DNA from: an uncultured delta proteobacterium
GTDB lineage: Bacteria; Desulfobacterota; Syntrophia; Syntrophales; UBA2185
NCBI GenBank assembly: GCA_963729715.1
Contig: CAVSPA010000006.1
Span: forward strand, 128,001 to 192,000
DNA: 64,000 bases
Direction of reading: 5' to 3'
Under the pieces are notes generated by a model that was not told the DNA's origin, searched no databases, and worked only from the letters and a program-made list of their open reading frames with translations. Below are positions 51,560 through 62,327 of this stretch, piece after piece (position 1 is the stretch's first letter; each line of letters begins with the position of its first letter). The translations under genes were made by a program, and so were the position numbers.

Positions 51560-52255
51560 TCATAGTTTTCTCCCTTTTGTGGCGATGTCCTCCAGGATTG
51601 TGCGATCCAGTATCCTCATGCGTGAACCGTCCGATCTAATTACTCCCTGCCTGCCCATTTTGCCGAGGATACGGGACAGCGTTTCCGGGATTGTACCTAA
51701 GATAGAGGCCAACTGCCCTTTGGAGATATCGAGATCGAATTCGTCTTTATTGGAAGACCTCTTGCTTGCATAGAGAAGATAAGCTGCCAGGCGCCCGGGT
51801 ACCTCCTTCAAGGAAAGGTCCTCGATCAGCGCCGCAAATCTTCGGAGACGCCACGACAGTAGTGCCAGCATGTTGAGAGACAGTGAAGGGTCTTTTTTGA
51901 CAAGCTCGATAAATGAGTTTCCGGGAAAGTATACGAGGGAGGAATTGATATTGGCCTCCGCGTGCGCCGGATATTCCTGGCCGGTAAAAACAGGCACCTC
52001 GCCAAATATCTCTCCGGTTCCCATCATGTGGAGGATCTGTTCTTTCCCTTCCGGTGAGAGTTTAAATATCTTCACCCTGCCGGAAATGATCGCATAAAAG
52101 CCCACGCCTTCATCACCTTCGGAGAAGATTGTCTGGCCTTTTTTGTAAGAGCGGTTTACCGCGATTCTGGCCAGAGCCTCATGCTGCCCTCGTGACAGTC
52201 CTTCGAAAAGAGGGATGGTGACAATGTGATCGAGCAGCTTCATGGGAATCCTCAT
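51560..52255 (-). CDS. Crp/Fnr-family regulator (HcpR-like)
   Basis: cNMP-like domain plus HTH with PETLSR. Confidence 0.88.
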   Translation of the reverse strand: MRIPMKLLDHIVTIPLFEGLSRGQHEALARIAVNRSYKKGQTIFSEGDEGVGFYAIISGRVKIFKLSPEGKEQILHMMGTGEIFGEVPVFTGQEYPAHAEANINSSLVYFPGNSFIELVKKDPSLSLNMLALLSWRLRRFAALIEDLSLKEVPGRLAAYLLYASKRSSNKDEFDLDISKGQLASILGTIPETLSRILGKMGRQGVIRSDGSRMRILDRTILEDIATKGRKL

Positions 52256-52362
52256 TGTAAACCTATCGGTCCTTTTTGTTTGCGACTCTTTTTTGACTTG
52301 GGGTCATTATAATGCAATAAATTGTTGCCCAAAAGGAAAAAATAGAAAATAAAGTTAAAAAA

Positions 52363-52378
52363 ATTGACTTTTGTCAAT
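52363..52378. promoter_or_regulatory. Crp/Fnr (HcpR-type) operator
   Basis: Perfect palindrome ATTGAC-TTTT-GTCAAT between the regulator and the divergent Fe-S gene. Confidence 0.75.
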
Positions 52379-52470
52379 GCGTGAAGAAATGAAGACGAGT
52401 ATATTAAAGGAAATTTCGCAAGAACTGAAGACGACGTTCAGCGGGAATTTCGGAAGATAGGGGGGAATTT

Positions 52471-53226
52471 ATGAGGAAGCACAGAAAGATCATTAAGATT
52501 GACGAGAAGAAATGTGACGGCTGCGGTTTATGTGTTCCTGCCTGCGCCGAGGGCGCTATCCAGATAAGGGATGGCAAGGCTAAATTAGTGGCGGAGATAT
52601 ATTGCGATGGCTTGGGGGCCTGTCTGGGTGAGTGTCCCAGGGGCGCCCTCAAAATTATTGAACGTGAGGCGGATGACTTTGACGAGGCGGCCGTGGAGGA
52701 GCGCCTGAAATCCCAAGAAACAGGGCCGGTACCCGAAGCGCCGACCATGGCTTGCGGATGCCCGTCTTCGCAAATCATCAGTTTTGCATCGCTACAGCCG
52801 AACGGGAAAGCAAGTAAGACCGTCGCACAGGAAGGTATCGCTTCGGCCCTCTCGCACTGGCCGGTTCAGATCCGGCTCGTACCGCCGACTGCCCCGTTTC
52901 TAAAGAAAGCAGACCTTCTGGTTGTGGCGGATTGTACGCCTGTTGCCTATCCGCGGCTGCACGAGGACTTCATGAAAGGCAGGGTAGTCCTTATGGGCTG
53001 TCCGAAATTCGATGAAACGGATATGTACGTTCATAGATTTGCGCAGGTATTCAAGGAGGCGGATATCAGGAGCATAACTGTGCTTGTCATGGAAGTGCCG
53101 TGCTGCCAAGGACTTCCCGAAATCATACGCAAAGGGATGAATATGGCCGGCAAAAATATCTCCTTGGAAAAAGTGGTTATCGGTAGAACAGGAGAGGTCT
53201 TGAAAAGGGAATCTCTCAAAGGATGA
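52471..53226 (+). CDS. 4Fe-4S ferredoxin-domain protein (FrdX-like)
   Basis: CDGCGLCVPAC, CDGLGACLGECP, WPVQI, GCPK, MEVPCC. Confidence 0.88.
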   Translation: MRKHRKIIKIDEKKCDGCGLCVPACAEGAIQIRDGKAKLVAEIYCDGLGACLGECPRGALKIIEREADDFDEAAVEERLKSQETGPVPEAPTMACGCPSSQIISFASLQPNGKASKTVAQEGIASALSHWPVQIRLVPPTAPFLKKADLLVVADCTPVAYPRLHEDFMKGRVVLMGCPKFDETDMYVHRFAQVFKEADIRSITVLVMEVPCCQGLPEIIRKGMNMAGKNISLEKVVIGRTGEVLKRESLKG

Positions 53227-53235
53227 TATCTTTTA

Positions 53236-53772
53236 TCACTTTTTCTCCTTTTCATCCCGTAATCTTTTAAAAGCAAAGACCATCTTGCGGAAATCTCTTC
53301 TCAAGGCGGGGTCGCCAAGCTGTTCATCATCTATTACTGGTATCAGAGAAAAGTGTTTGATGAAGGCTCCCCCAAATATACCGGGTACTGTACTGCACTT
53401 TTCGCCGGATGTTGAAAAAATTGTAACGCCCCGTATCGCCGAGCTCGGTGATTTGCTTTTAAAAATAAATCCGCAGAGGTCCTCTTTTTCGAGTTTCGCA
53501 AGTTTCTTTTCTGTCCATTTCATCATTCCGTCGGTGTGGTCGATACCCGTAGAAATCGTTACGAGGCGCGGCTTTTCCGGGTCGCCAACTAGGTGCATGG
53601 GTTCTCGCGGTATTCCGAGTCCGTATTCAACCTCCGGGCAGACAGGCATCCATGCAAAATATTTTCCCAAGGAATCTGTTATGTAGCGATTGTGCCGGTG
53701 TCCCCCATCGTATCTTACTTTCTTTCCCAGGAGGCAGGGGCTTATTCCTACACGTGGTTTTTTCACAGTCAT
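53236..53772 (-). CDS. DUF523 (2-thiouracil desulfurase-like) protein
   Basis: SPCLLG..VRYDG, VCPEVE.GLGIPRE, KSKSPSS. Confidence 0.85.
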   Translation of the reverse strand: MTVKKPRVGISPCLLGKKVRYDGGHRHNRYITDSLGKYFAWMPVCPEVEYGLGIPREPMHLVGDPEKPRLVTISTGIDHTDGMMKWTEKKLAKLEKEDLCGFIFKSKSPSSAIRGVTIFSTSGEKCSTVPGIFGGAFIKHFSLIPVIDDEQLGDPALRRDFRKMVFAFKRLRDEKEKK

Positions 53773-53968
53773 AATAAGGCGCTCTCTGAAGAAAGATTAG
53801 AGTCGATAGGCATTTGACTTTCATGTCATATTTTTTGACTGAGCAATTATCAAAGAGTAACTGCACCCTGTCAATATGAAAATCATTGTAACTTTCATCG
53901 ATGTTGACAAAGAGATCAACTTTTTTATAAGATATATTCTATTGTAATTGAACTTAGGAGGCGCAACA

Positions 53969-54703
53969 ATGTTGATTAAAAGAGCCGTCGGTATTATTTT
54001 AGTGGTTACTGCCTTTGCCATCGTTCTCGGATGTGCAAGCTACGAATCGAAGGTAGTGCCCTTCAAAATGCCCGCAGCCTACCCCAATGCAAAGGAAGTT
54101 GCAGGGGCAACCATCGCCGCCCAGGCCTATAGCGACAAGAAAGAAGCAGAGGACGCTTTTGGATTTGATATCATCGGTGCGGGTTTGATGCCTGTGAGGA
54201 TCATTTTTGATAACAAGGGGAAGCACCCGATTGATATAGTGGCCAATCAAACGTACCTGGTCGATGCAGATAATAACCTCTGGCCCGTGCTCGAGGATAG
54301 GATGGCATACGATCGCATACAGAAGAAAACGGAGTTCGGAAAGGTGGCCCCGGAAGCAGGAAAATACGGGGTGCTGGGCGGCATTGCCGGCGGCGTCATC
54401 GGCGCGGCAATAGGCATTGTATCCGGCCATAATGTCGCTGATGCGGCAATGAAAGGGGCGGCCTTGGGCGCGGCCGCTGGGATCACGGGCGGTGGCTTAA
54501 AGGGAATGAGCGATACCGATGTTCAGTCACAAATCAGATCGGACCTCGAAAAAAGGTCCCTCGAACGCCGTTCCGTCATGCCCGGAGAAATTGCGCAGGG
54601 GTTCATATTCTTCCCGGGCGAATCGAAAAAGGCTGTCGAGCTGCGGCTGCAGATCAAAGAGGCTGATACGGGGAAAAGCTATCCGCTCGTCATGAAATTT
54701 TAG
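53969..54703 (+). CDS. Lipoprotein with glycine-zipper region
   Basis: Lipobox VLGC; GGIAGGVIGAAIG; RBS AGGAGG. Confidence 0.8.
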   Translation: MLIKRAVGIILVVTAFAIVLGCASYESKVVPFKMPAAYPNAKEVAGATIAAQAYSDKKEAEDAFGFDIIGAGLMPVRIIFDNKGKHPIDIVANQTYLVDADNNLWPVLEDRMAYDRIQKKTEFGKVAPEAGKYGVLGGIAGGVIGAAIGIVSGHNVADAAMKGAALGAAAGITGGGLKGMSDTDVQSQIRSDLEKRSLERRSVMPGEIAQGFIFFPGESKKAVELRLQIKEADTGKSYPLVMKF

Positions 54704-56233
54704 ATTGTTCAATGACGCATTCATGAGAATCCTCCCCTCTATGCGGGGGGAGATGGGAGAATGCTTTTCGAGATAGGAAACGAGAACATCTCTCAGAGCC
54801 GTGCCGTACGTAAAATTCTTCCCTTCCTTGAAGGGCGAAAATGCATCTCCGCCGGCGGCAAGGTAATCGATTGTCGTTACCGTATAGATCTTTTCAGGAG
54901 CTAAGGATCGTCTTCCTATATGTACTTCCCGAACCCGGGAGCCCGCCGGTTCAGATAGATCGTACCTTATTTCCATGCCCGAAACCTGCAGGATGCCATG
55001 CTCCAGCTTCGCGTTCTGCTCGAGGATTTCCAGGATTTGCTTTCCTGTAAGTTTCATAGTGACAAGGCTGTTATCGAACGGCAAAAGCGTGAAGACCTGC
55101 TCCATCGTAATTCTCCCTTTTGGGATATTGTTCCTGATAGCGCCACTGTTGATGAAGGCCATATCCGCGCCTGTCCTCTTCCGCATGACGTCGCATATAA
55201 GATTTCCTATGTTGGATTCTCGCTGGTGATACCTTACCAGAGGAACGGAAGTCTCACCGACAACTTTGCCGTATTCTTTCTCTATCCGGCCATAATAGGC
55301 TTGAACGATTTTTGCCAACTCCTTATCATATGGCCTGTCCCTGCCTGCCATAACTTTTTCGAGCTCTTTCTCTTCCGTATGGCTGATGATCTTCCCGGTA
55401 TCGGGATCTATCTTGAGTTTTAAGACGCCGAGATATAATCCGTAGGCGCCCGCCTGGACGATTATTGTGTTCCCAGCCGCCACGGGATTCTCCAATGCCG
55501 TGTGACTGTGTCCGCCCACAATGATATGGATGCCGGAAGTTCGCTGAGCCAAGTCTTTGTCGGCGTCTAATCCGAGGTGGGAAAGGACGATGATGATTAC
55601 GGCCCCTTCGTCCTTTGCCTTTTCTATGAACCGGGGAAGAACGTCTTCGGGCCTATCAACGGTCATGTGTTTAAGGCGGCCAGGTGCCGTGATGCGCGGA
55701 ACTTCGGGCGTGGTCATGCCTATAATCGCGATTTTCACTTTCTTTCTTTCGACTATAATGTATGGCTTAACACCTGGGAGATATCTGCCTCTTTCATCCT
55801 TTATATTTGCGGAGAGATAGGGAAATCTGGACCAAGAGACAAGCTGCCGGAGAGTATCCATTCCCCAATCGAATTCGTGATTCCCGATGGCCATCGCATC
55901 GAACTTCAGAAAGTTCATCACATCTGCCACGGATCGGCCCTTGAAGAGGTTGGAGACGGGCGTTCCTTGGAACATGTCCCCAGCGGAAAGCAGCAAAATG
56001 CCGTCAGGATTTTTTGACCGCTCTTCCTCGATCATACGGGCGAGATAGGCGGCGCCTCCGACCATTTGCCTTTCACCTGAAGTTTCTTCAATATAAGGCA
56101 GAATGCGGCCGTGCGTATCGTTTATATGGAGGATCGTTAAATCGACAGGCACAGCTTCCTTCGCGAGAAGGGCCGGTGGAAAGGAAAAAATGAGAAGCGA
56201 AAGAAGGATAATTATCCTCGCCATCCTTTTCAT
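54527..56233 (-). CDS. Exported 5'-nucleotidase / UDP-sugar hydrolase
   Basis: HINDTHG, AGD, GNHEFD, SHLG, GGHSH, LPFDN, GGD. Confidence 0.9.
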   Translation of the reverse strand: MKRMARIIILLSLLIFSFPPALLAKEAVPVDLTILHINDTHGRILPYIEETSGERQMVGGAAYLARMIEEERSKNPDGILLLSAGDMFQGTPVSNLFKGRSVADVMNFLKFDAMAIGNHEFDWGMDTLRQLVSWSRFPYLSANIKDERGRYLPGVKPYIIVERKKVKIAIIGMTTPEVPRITAPGRLKHMTVDRPEDVLPRFIEKAKDEGAVIIIVLSHLGLDADKDLAQRTSGIHIIVGGHSHTALENPVAAGNTIIVQAGAYGLYLGVLKLKIDPDTGKIISHTEEKELEKVMAGRDRPYDKELAKIVQAYYGRIEKEYGKVVGETSVPLVRYHQRESNIGNLICDVMRKRTGADMAFINSGAIRNNIPKGRITMEQVFTLLPFDNSLVTMKLTGKQILEILEQNAKLEHGILQVSGMEIRYDLSEPAGSRVREVHIGRRSLAPEKIYTVTTIDYLAAGGDAFSPFKEGKNFTYGTALRDVLVSYLEKHSPISPRIEGRILMNASLNNLKFHDERIAFPRISLFDLQPQLDSLFRFAREEYEPLRNFSGHDGTAFEGPFFEVRSDL

Positions 56234-56709
56234 AAGGAAACCTCTGAAATCTTTTGAGTCCGTCTTCGCCCGTATCATGTGTAGATCCTTATCTAAGAAA
56301 TAAAGAAATGTTATCCAACATATCCAGCCCATCGCGATGTTGCAAGCCCTAAAGTAACAGCTTTTTACGAAGTTATTAGTTATATAATCCTGAAAAATGA
56401 AGGTAATAATAAGTAATAATTTGTAACTTTTTGTATTGCAATGTTGCTCTCATTGTGTATAATGTCATGCCACAAGGATATGAAGAACGAAGTCCATGTT
56501 CATTCTGGGCGGGAAAAGCACGAAATCTTCAATGAAGAATCCTGGGGAAGCACCTTCTGTGCTTTTCTTTCATAACGCAAGAGAGTTTAACAAAACCGTA
56601 TTAATGCTGTCATGAAGCTGTAAGACTCTGAGAGTATATTGACCGCAAAGGAATGATCGTTCCACAAATTATGCCCGGGAAAGATCATTAAATAATAGGA
56701 AGGGAGGAG

Positions 56710-58065
56710 ATGATGAGAAAGGTCTGTATTTTTTTGCTGTCGATTGGTCTGGTCATGGCGTTCGTCTTGCCCGTATCTGCGGCGGATGTAAAGTTCAGCG
56801 GGTCGTATGTGGCACAGGGCTACTACGACAACAACCGCGCGTTATTGCAAAATGGCGGTGCGTCCGTATCCAATGTGTGGCAGAGGCTGAGGATTCAGAC
56901 AGACTTCAGGGTTCAGGAAGGCCTGATGCTGACGACTCGGTTCGATGCCCTGGAAAAGATATGGGGCGCAGCCCGTTCTACAACAGCGACTTCAGTTAGT
57001 ATCGCTGGCAATGACCAGGAAAGTGAGAACATCAAGTTTGAGTATGCGTTTGCGACGTTTAATATTCCCGGCAATGTTGGCACTTTAAAAGTGGGTTACC
57101 AGCAGCAGGGCACATGGGGTACGGCATTTGGCGACACCGGCGAACAGGACTATGGAATGAGGGTCAAGTGGGATTGGGTAACCGGTTCTTTCTTCTGGGG
57201 AGCCCGTTGGGACAAGGTGGAAGGAAAGAAGGAATACAGTAGTCTCGGTCCTGCCGGCAATGTCAACGTATCCACTTATGCTGTGGACCACGACTCGGAA
57301 AAGTATTCTGTCCTCGGCGGGTACACCTGGAGCAAGGGTGATGCCGGTCTGCAAATCACATATTATATCGATACCAGCACTGCCGATAATCCTATCACCG
57401 GATATAAAGCAAGGTACATCCTGTGGTATCCGTATGCTAGGGCGACGTTCGGTCCTGTTTATGTCGAGACAGAGTGGGGTTGGTACACGGGTAAAAGACA
57501 AGAGTACCTTAATGCCGCAACCCACGTGGACCAAGATTATACAGGCTGGCGCGGTTATATCATGGCCAGTCTTGACCTTGCACCGGCCTATGTAGGCGCT
57601 TTGGCATTCTATTCGTCGGGTACTGATATAAATTCACAAAATACGTATTCAGGTGGAGCCAAGATCGGCACCGACTTTCAGCCTTGCCTGATTCTCTGGA
57701 ACTACGATCTCGGCAGGTGGAACGGCGTATTGGGTGGCCAGAATGGCGTTACAACTGCAGGTGCTTACAATTCGGACAATGTTGTGGCATGGCAGATCTT
57801 CGCCGGCGTCAAGCCCGTACCAAAACTGGATGTGAAGGCGAGCTTCACCGGCGCCAGTCTGGACCAGAATGTAGTAAACAATCAGATATCCAAGAACATG
57901 GGCAACGAATTTGATCTCAGCGCAACCTACAAGATCTATGACAATCTGTCATACATGGTTGGCTATGCCTACCTTTGGGCAGGCGATGCCTTTATGGGCA
58001 GCAATTCCAATGCCCAACTCAGTAACGACTATCTTGTGACGCACAAGCTGACGCTTAGTTTCTAA
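56710..58065 (+). CDS. Outer-membrane porin-like beta-barrel
   Basis: Signal peptide, aromatic-rich alternating strands, C-terminal Phe. Confidence 0.8.
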   Translation: MMRKVCIFLLSIGLVMAFVLPVSAADVKFSGSYVAQGYYDNNRALLQNGGASVSNVWQRLRIQTDFRVQEGLMLTTRFDALEKIWGAARSTTATSVSIAGNDQESENIKFEYAFATFNIPGNVGTLKVGYQQQGTWGTAFGDTGEQDYGMRVKWDWVTGSFFWGARWDKVEGKKEYSSLGPAGNVNVSTYAVDHDSEKYSVLGGYTWSKGDAGLQITYYIDTSTADNPITGYKARYILWYPYARATFGPVYVETEWGWYTGKRQEYLNAATHVDQDYTGWRGYIMASLDLAPAYVGALAFYSSGTDINSQNTYSGGAKIGTDFQPCLILWNYDLGRWNGVLGGQNGVTTAGAYNSDNVVAWQIFAGVKPVPKLDVKASFTGASLDQNVVNNQISKNMGNEFDLSATYKIYDNLSYMVGYAYLWAGDAFMGSNSNAQLSNDYLVTHKLTLSF

Positions 58066-58095
58066 TCTAGCTGCATAAGTTCCATTACACTGAAA

Positions 58096-58130
58096 AGAGC
58101 CCCGGTTTACTGACGGGGCTCTCTGTTGTT
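58096..58130 (+). terminator. Terminator-like hairpin after the porin gene
   Basis: AGAGCCCCG...CGGGGCTCT followed by a T-rich tract. Confidence 0.6.
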
Positions 58131-58282
58131 ACCTGAGATTCTTCTATCTTTTGCTGTTGGCTTAATTCGGTAGCGAGCACAAACACCCTCGGCTGCTGTG
58201 GGGTAAGCGAGCAAATACCGAACGACATCTTTCCTTAAGAATCGAAGATTCTCCGCGGCAAACCGCGGTGAGCTTCAATTAG

Positions 58283-58818
58283 TGTCCCTTTCGGGGATGG
58301 TGGAAACCCCTCGCCTTTAGGCGAAGAAAAGTTTATATACTGTCGTTATGCGACGTTATCAACTAGGAGCACATAGAACGAGTGACCTCAAGGTTCACTT
58401 AATCTGGATACCGAAATACCGTAAAAAAGTATTGGTAGGGCCAGTGGCGGTTCGCGCGCGAGATGTCTTGCGCCAAATTGCCTTGGAACATGAACTTGAT
58501 ATAATTACCGGCAAAGTAGCGAGCGATCATGTTCATATGTTCATTTCATATAGACCGAGCCATGATGTTAGCAAAACCGTTCAATGGTTAAAAGGGATAA
58601 GCTCGCGAATTTTGCTATCTGAATTTTCCCATTTAAAAAAGCAATTTTGGGGCAGACATCTCTGGGCGCGAGGGTATCTGGCCGTAAGTTCCGGCAACAT
58701 AACGGATGAAATGATCCAGCACTATATTCAAGAGCAAGAAGTGGAGCCGGTGACTGATGGCAGTCGATTTGAAATCGCCCCCTCTTAAACCCCTCGACTT
58801 ATAGTCGAGGGTAATTCA
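58283..58818 (+). mobile_element. IS200-type element (tnpA only)
   Basis: Subterminal hairpins TCGCCT-TT-AGGCGA (58311-58324) and CCCTCGACT-TAT-AGTCGAGGG (58791-58811); right end TTCA; left boundary approximate. Confidence 0.8.
58348..58788 (+). CDS. tnpA: IS200/IS605 Y1 transposase
   Basis: PKYR, DHVH (HUH), KGISSR, LWARGY, YIQEQ. Confidence 0.95.
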   Translation: MRRYQLGAHRTSDLKVHLIWIPKYRKKVLVGPVAVRARDVLRQIALEHELDIITGKVASDHVHMFISYRPSHDVSKTVQWLKGISSRILLSEFSHLKKQFWGRHLWARGYLAVSSGNITDEMIQHYIQEQEVEPVTDGSRFEIAPS

Positions 58819-58859
58819 GTTTTACGTATGATGCTCAATTTTTTTATCACGGGGGAGCT

Positions 58860-59777
58860 ATGTCAGAGGAGGTGATGAACACCAAGGAGGTGGCCCGCCA
58901 CCTCGATATTCATGAGAAACAGGTGTACATCCTGATTAAGTCCGGAAGGATTCCCGCTACCAAGGTCACGGGGAAGTGGATCTTCCCCAAGAAATTAATT
59001 GATGAATGGATTGAAACGAATGCGAAGCAGGGGCTCAAAGAAGCAAGACAGAAGAGCAGGCAGATAGAAGGGGGACTCCTTGCATCGGGAAGCAACGATC
59101 CTATCCTCGACATGCTGCAAACTTATATAAAAAAGCGTCACCCCGATTTCTATATCTTTTCTGCAAATACAGGGAGCACAGAAGGACTCAAGGCCCTCAA
59201 TAAGGGTCTTACCGATATCGCCTGGTCACACTTGCTTGATGCAAAAAGCGGCCAGTACAATATTCCTTATCTGTCTACCTACCTGCCTGATATAAAAGCT
59301 GTAGTGGTAAATTTCTTCCAAAGGGAATTGGGATTGATCGTGGCTCATGGCAATCCTTTGCATATTAGCGGCTTCGCCGATCTCGCGGAAAAAGGGGTGA
59401 AGATTGTGAACCGGCAGAAGGGTTCCGGAACACGGGTCCTTCTTGATTACCATATGGACAACTTAGGCATTCCGACCCGTGATATCTCCGGCTATGATAC
59501 GGAGGTCTTTACGCATTTCGAAGTGGGACTTGCTGTTCTGTCAAAGGAAGCGGACATAGGCGTAGCCACGGCTGCAGTGGCTAAACTCCTCGGTCTTTCT
59601 TTCGTTCCCGTCACGCGCGAGAACTTCGATATGATCCTTGATCAGTCAACCTTTTTCACCAAAGGGGTTCAAGCCCTCATCGAAGTTCTCAAGTCGAGTG
59701 ATTTTAGGAAGCGTGTTGAAAAACTTGGCGGGTACGATTTTAAAGATTCAGGAAAGGTTCTGTATTCGACGACATGA
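58860..59777 (+). CDS. Excisionase-type HTH plus periplasmic-binding-like domain regulator (molybdate/tungstate associated)
   Basis: MNTKEVA..L.IHEKQVY...GKWIFP; GSND, GSTEGL, VNRQKGSGTR. Confidence 0.88.
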   Translation: MSEEVMNTKEVARHLDIHEKQVYILIKSGRIPATKVTGKWIFPKKLIDEWIETNAKQGLKEARQKSRQIEGGLLASGSNDPILDMLQTYIKKRHPDFYIFSANTGSTEGLKALNKGLTDIAWSHLLDAKSGQYNIPYLSTYLPDIKAVVVNFFQRELGLIVAHGNPLHISGFADLAEKGVKIVNRQKGSGTRVLLDYHMDNLGIPTRDISGYDTEVFTHFEVGLAVLSKEADIGVATAAVAKLLGLSFVPVTRENFDMILDQSTFFTKGVQALIEVLKSSDFRKRVEKLGGYDFKDSGKVLYSTT

Positions 59778-59796
59778 TTGAAAGAGAAACCTATCC

Positions 59797-60669
<873 letters not shown>

Positions 60670-60713
60670 CTGCAAAATTCATATCAAGATAACGCCCTTT
60701 ATCAGGAGGTAAA

Positions 60714-61583
60714 ATGATGAAAAGACTTAATCGTACTTGCTCGATCGCACTGATCATATCCGTCATGTCCGTCCTATTCTGCGTGCTACCCGCAATTGCC
60801 GCGCCGCCTCAGCAGAAAAATATTATTCTTGCAACGACCACGAGCACACAGGACTCTGGTCTTCTTGATGTCCTCTTGCCTGTCTTTGAAAAGACAACGG
60901 GCTATTTTGTTAAGACGATCGCCGTAGGTTCCGGCCAGGCCATGGCCATGGGCCAAAAGGGAGAGGCGGATGTGCTCTTAGTCCATTCACCGGATGCGGA
61001 GAAGAAGTTCATGGCGGGAGGTTATGGCATCAATAGAAGGCTCGTTATGCATAATGATTTTATTATTGTGGGACCGAAGACAGACCGGGCGGGAATCAAG
61101 GGATTAAGGTCTTCTCTTGAGGCCTTCAGGAAGATTGCTTCCACAAATGCCGTTTTTATGTCGCGAGGAGATAACTCGGGAACCGATGCCAAAGAGAAGT
61201 CCATATGGAAGGCTGCCGGGATAAATCCGGAGGGACAAAAGTGGTACCAGCAGACAGGCCTCGGGATGGGACAGACACTGAATGTCGCTGCCGAGAAAAA
61301 AACGTATACCCTTGCCGACCGGGGAACATATCTGGCTTTGAAGAAAAATCTCGGCCTCGATATCCTGGCGGAAGGGGATGCCGTCCTTCTCAATATCTAC
61401 CATGTCATCGATGTTAATCCTGCCAAGTGGCCCAAGGTGAATAGTGGCGGTGCGAAGGCGTTTGCCAACTTCATGGTGTCCAGGCAGGCTCAGGACATTA
61501 TCAAAAAATTCGGCGTGGAGAAATACGGCTCGCCGTTGTTCTTCCCCGATGCTGGAAAAAAGGAAGAAGCGCTTGGCAAATGA
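60714..61583 (+). CDS. tupA: Tungstate ABC transporter substrate-binding protein
   Basis: TTTS signature, SRGDNSGT, GMGQTL. Confidence 0.9.
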   Translation: MMKRLNRTCSIALIISVMSVLFCVLPAIAAPPQQKNIILATTTSTQDSGLLDVLLPVFEKTTGYFVKTIAVGSGQAMAMGQKGEADVLLVHSPDAEKKFMAGGYGINRRLVMHNDFIIVGPKTDRAGIKGLRSSLEAFRKIASTNAVFMSRGDNSGTDAKEKSIWKAAGINPEGQKWYQQTGLGMGQTLNVAAEKKTYTLADRGTYLALKKNLGLDILAEGDAVLLNIYHVIDVNPAKWPKVNSGGAKAFANFMVSRQAQDIIKKFGVEKYGSPLFFPDAGKKEEALGK

Positions 61584-61628
61584 TAATGCATTTTTCATGA
61601 CGTGAGTCTTCTCTATAGGCAATAGTTC

Positions 61629-62327
61629 ATGGACATAATTATCGAAGGAATAAAGCAGGCCTTTATTCTTCTCTTCACTCTCGATCCTGAAGTCATAGGC
61701 ATCACCTGGCTTTCCCTCAAGGTGTCCGGGATAGCGACGTTTATCAGTCTGCTAATCGGGGTGTCCGTGGGAACCTTAGTTGCCCTGACGCAATTCCCCG
61801 GGCGCAGGATCGTCGTCAGCCTGATCAATACAGGAATGGGACTGCCTCCGGTGGTGGTGGGTCTCTTTGTTAGTATTTTCCTCTGGCGGAACGGTCCCCT
61901 CGGTTTTCTGGAGATTCTTTACACGCCAACAGCCATCATCATTGCACAGGCCATTATTGCCACACCCATAGTCATGGGCATCAGCCTCGCTGCCATACAG
62001 CAGCTTCCCGCAAATCTCAGATTGCAGATCCTGGCCCTTGGTGCTACCCGCCTTCAGATGGTGTGGATTCTCGTCAAGGAGGCGCGGCTGCCGCTCCTGG
62101 CGGCCATCATGGCGGGGTTCGGCGGTGTTATCTCCGAAGTAGGGGCGTCCATAATGGTCGGTGGAAATATCAAAGGATACACACGCGTCCTGACGACGGC
62201 AACGGTAATGGAAACGAGCAAAGGCAATTTCGATATCGCCATGGCCCTCAGTATTATTCTGCTGCTTCTCGCCTTCTTCATCAATGCCGTCCTGACACAT
62301 GTCCAGCAGAGAGAAAGGCCGCGATGA
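61629..62327 (+). CDS. tupB: Tungstate ABC transporter permease
   Basis: GLPPVVVGL, ISEVGA...VGGNIKGYTRVLTT. Confidence 0.92.
   Translation: MDIIIEGIKQAFILLFTLDPEVIGITWLSLKVSGIATFISLLIGVSVGTLVALTQFPGRRIVVSLINTGMGLPPVVVGLFVSIFLWRNGPLGFLEILYTPTAIIIAQAIIATPIVMGISLAAIQQLPANLRLQILALGATRLQMVWILVKEARLPLLAAIMAGFGGVISEVGASIMVGGNIKGYTRVLTTATVMETSKGNFDIAMALSIILLLLAFFINAVLTHVQQRERPR

Noticed and set aside
52293..52307. Second HcpR-type site
   Set aside because: Half-site spacing is one base longer than in the perfect site; not confident.
62063..62323. Long N-terminal extension of the ABC ATPase
   Set aside because: Alternative frame of tupB; the ATGA-coupled start at 62324 is more plausible.
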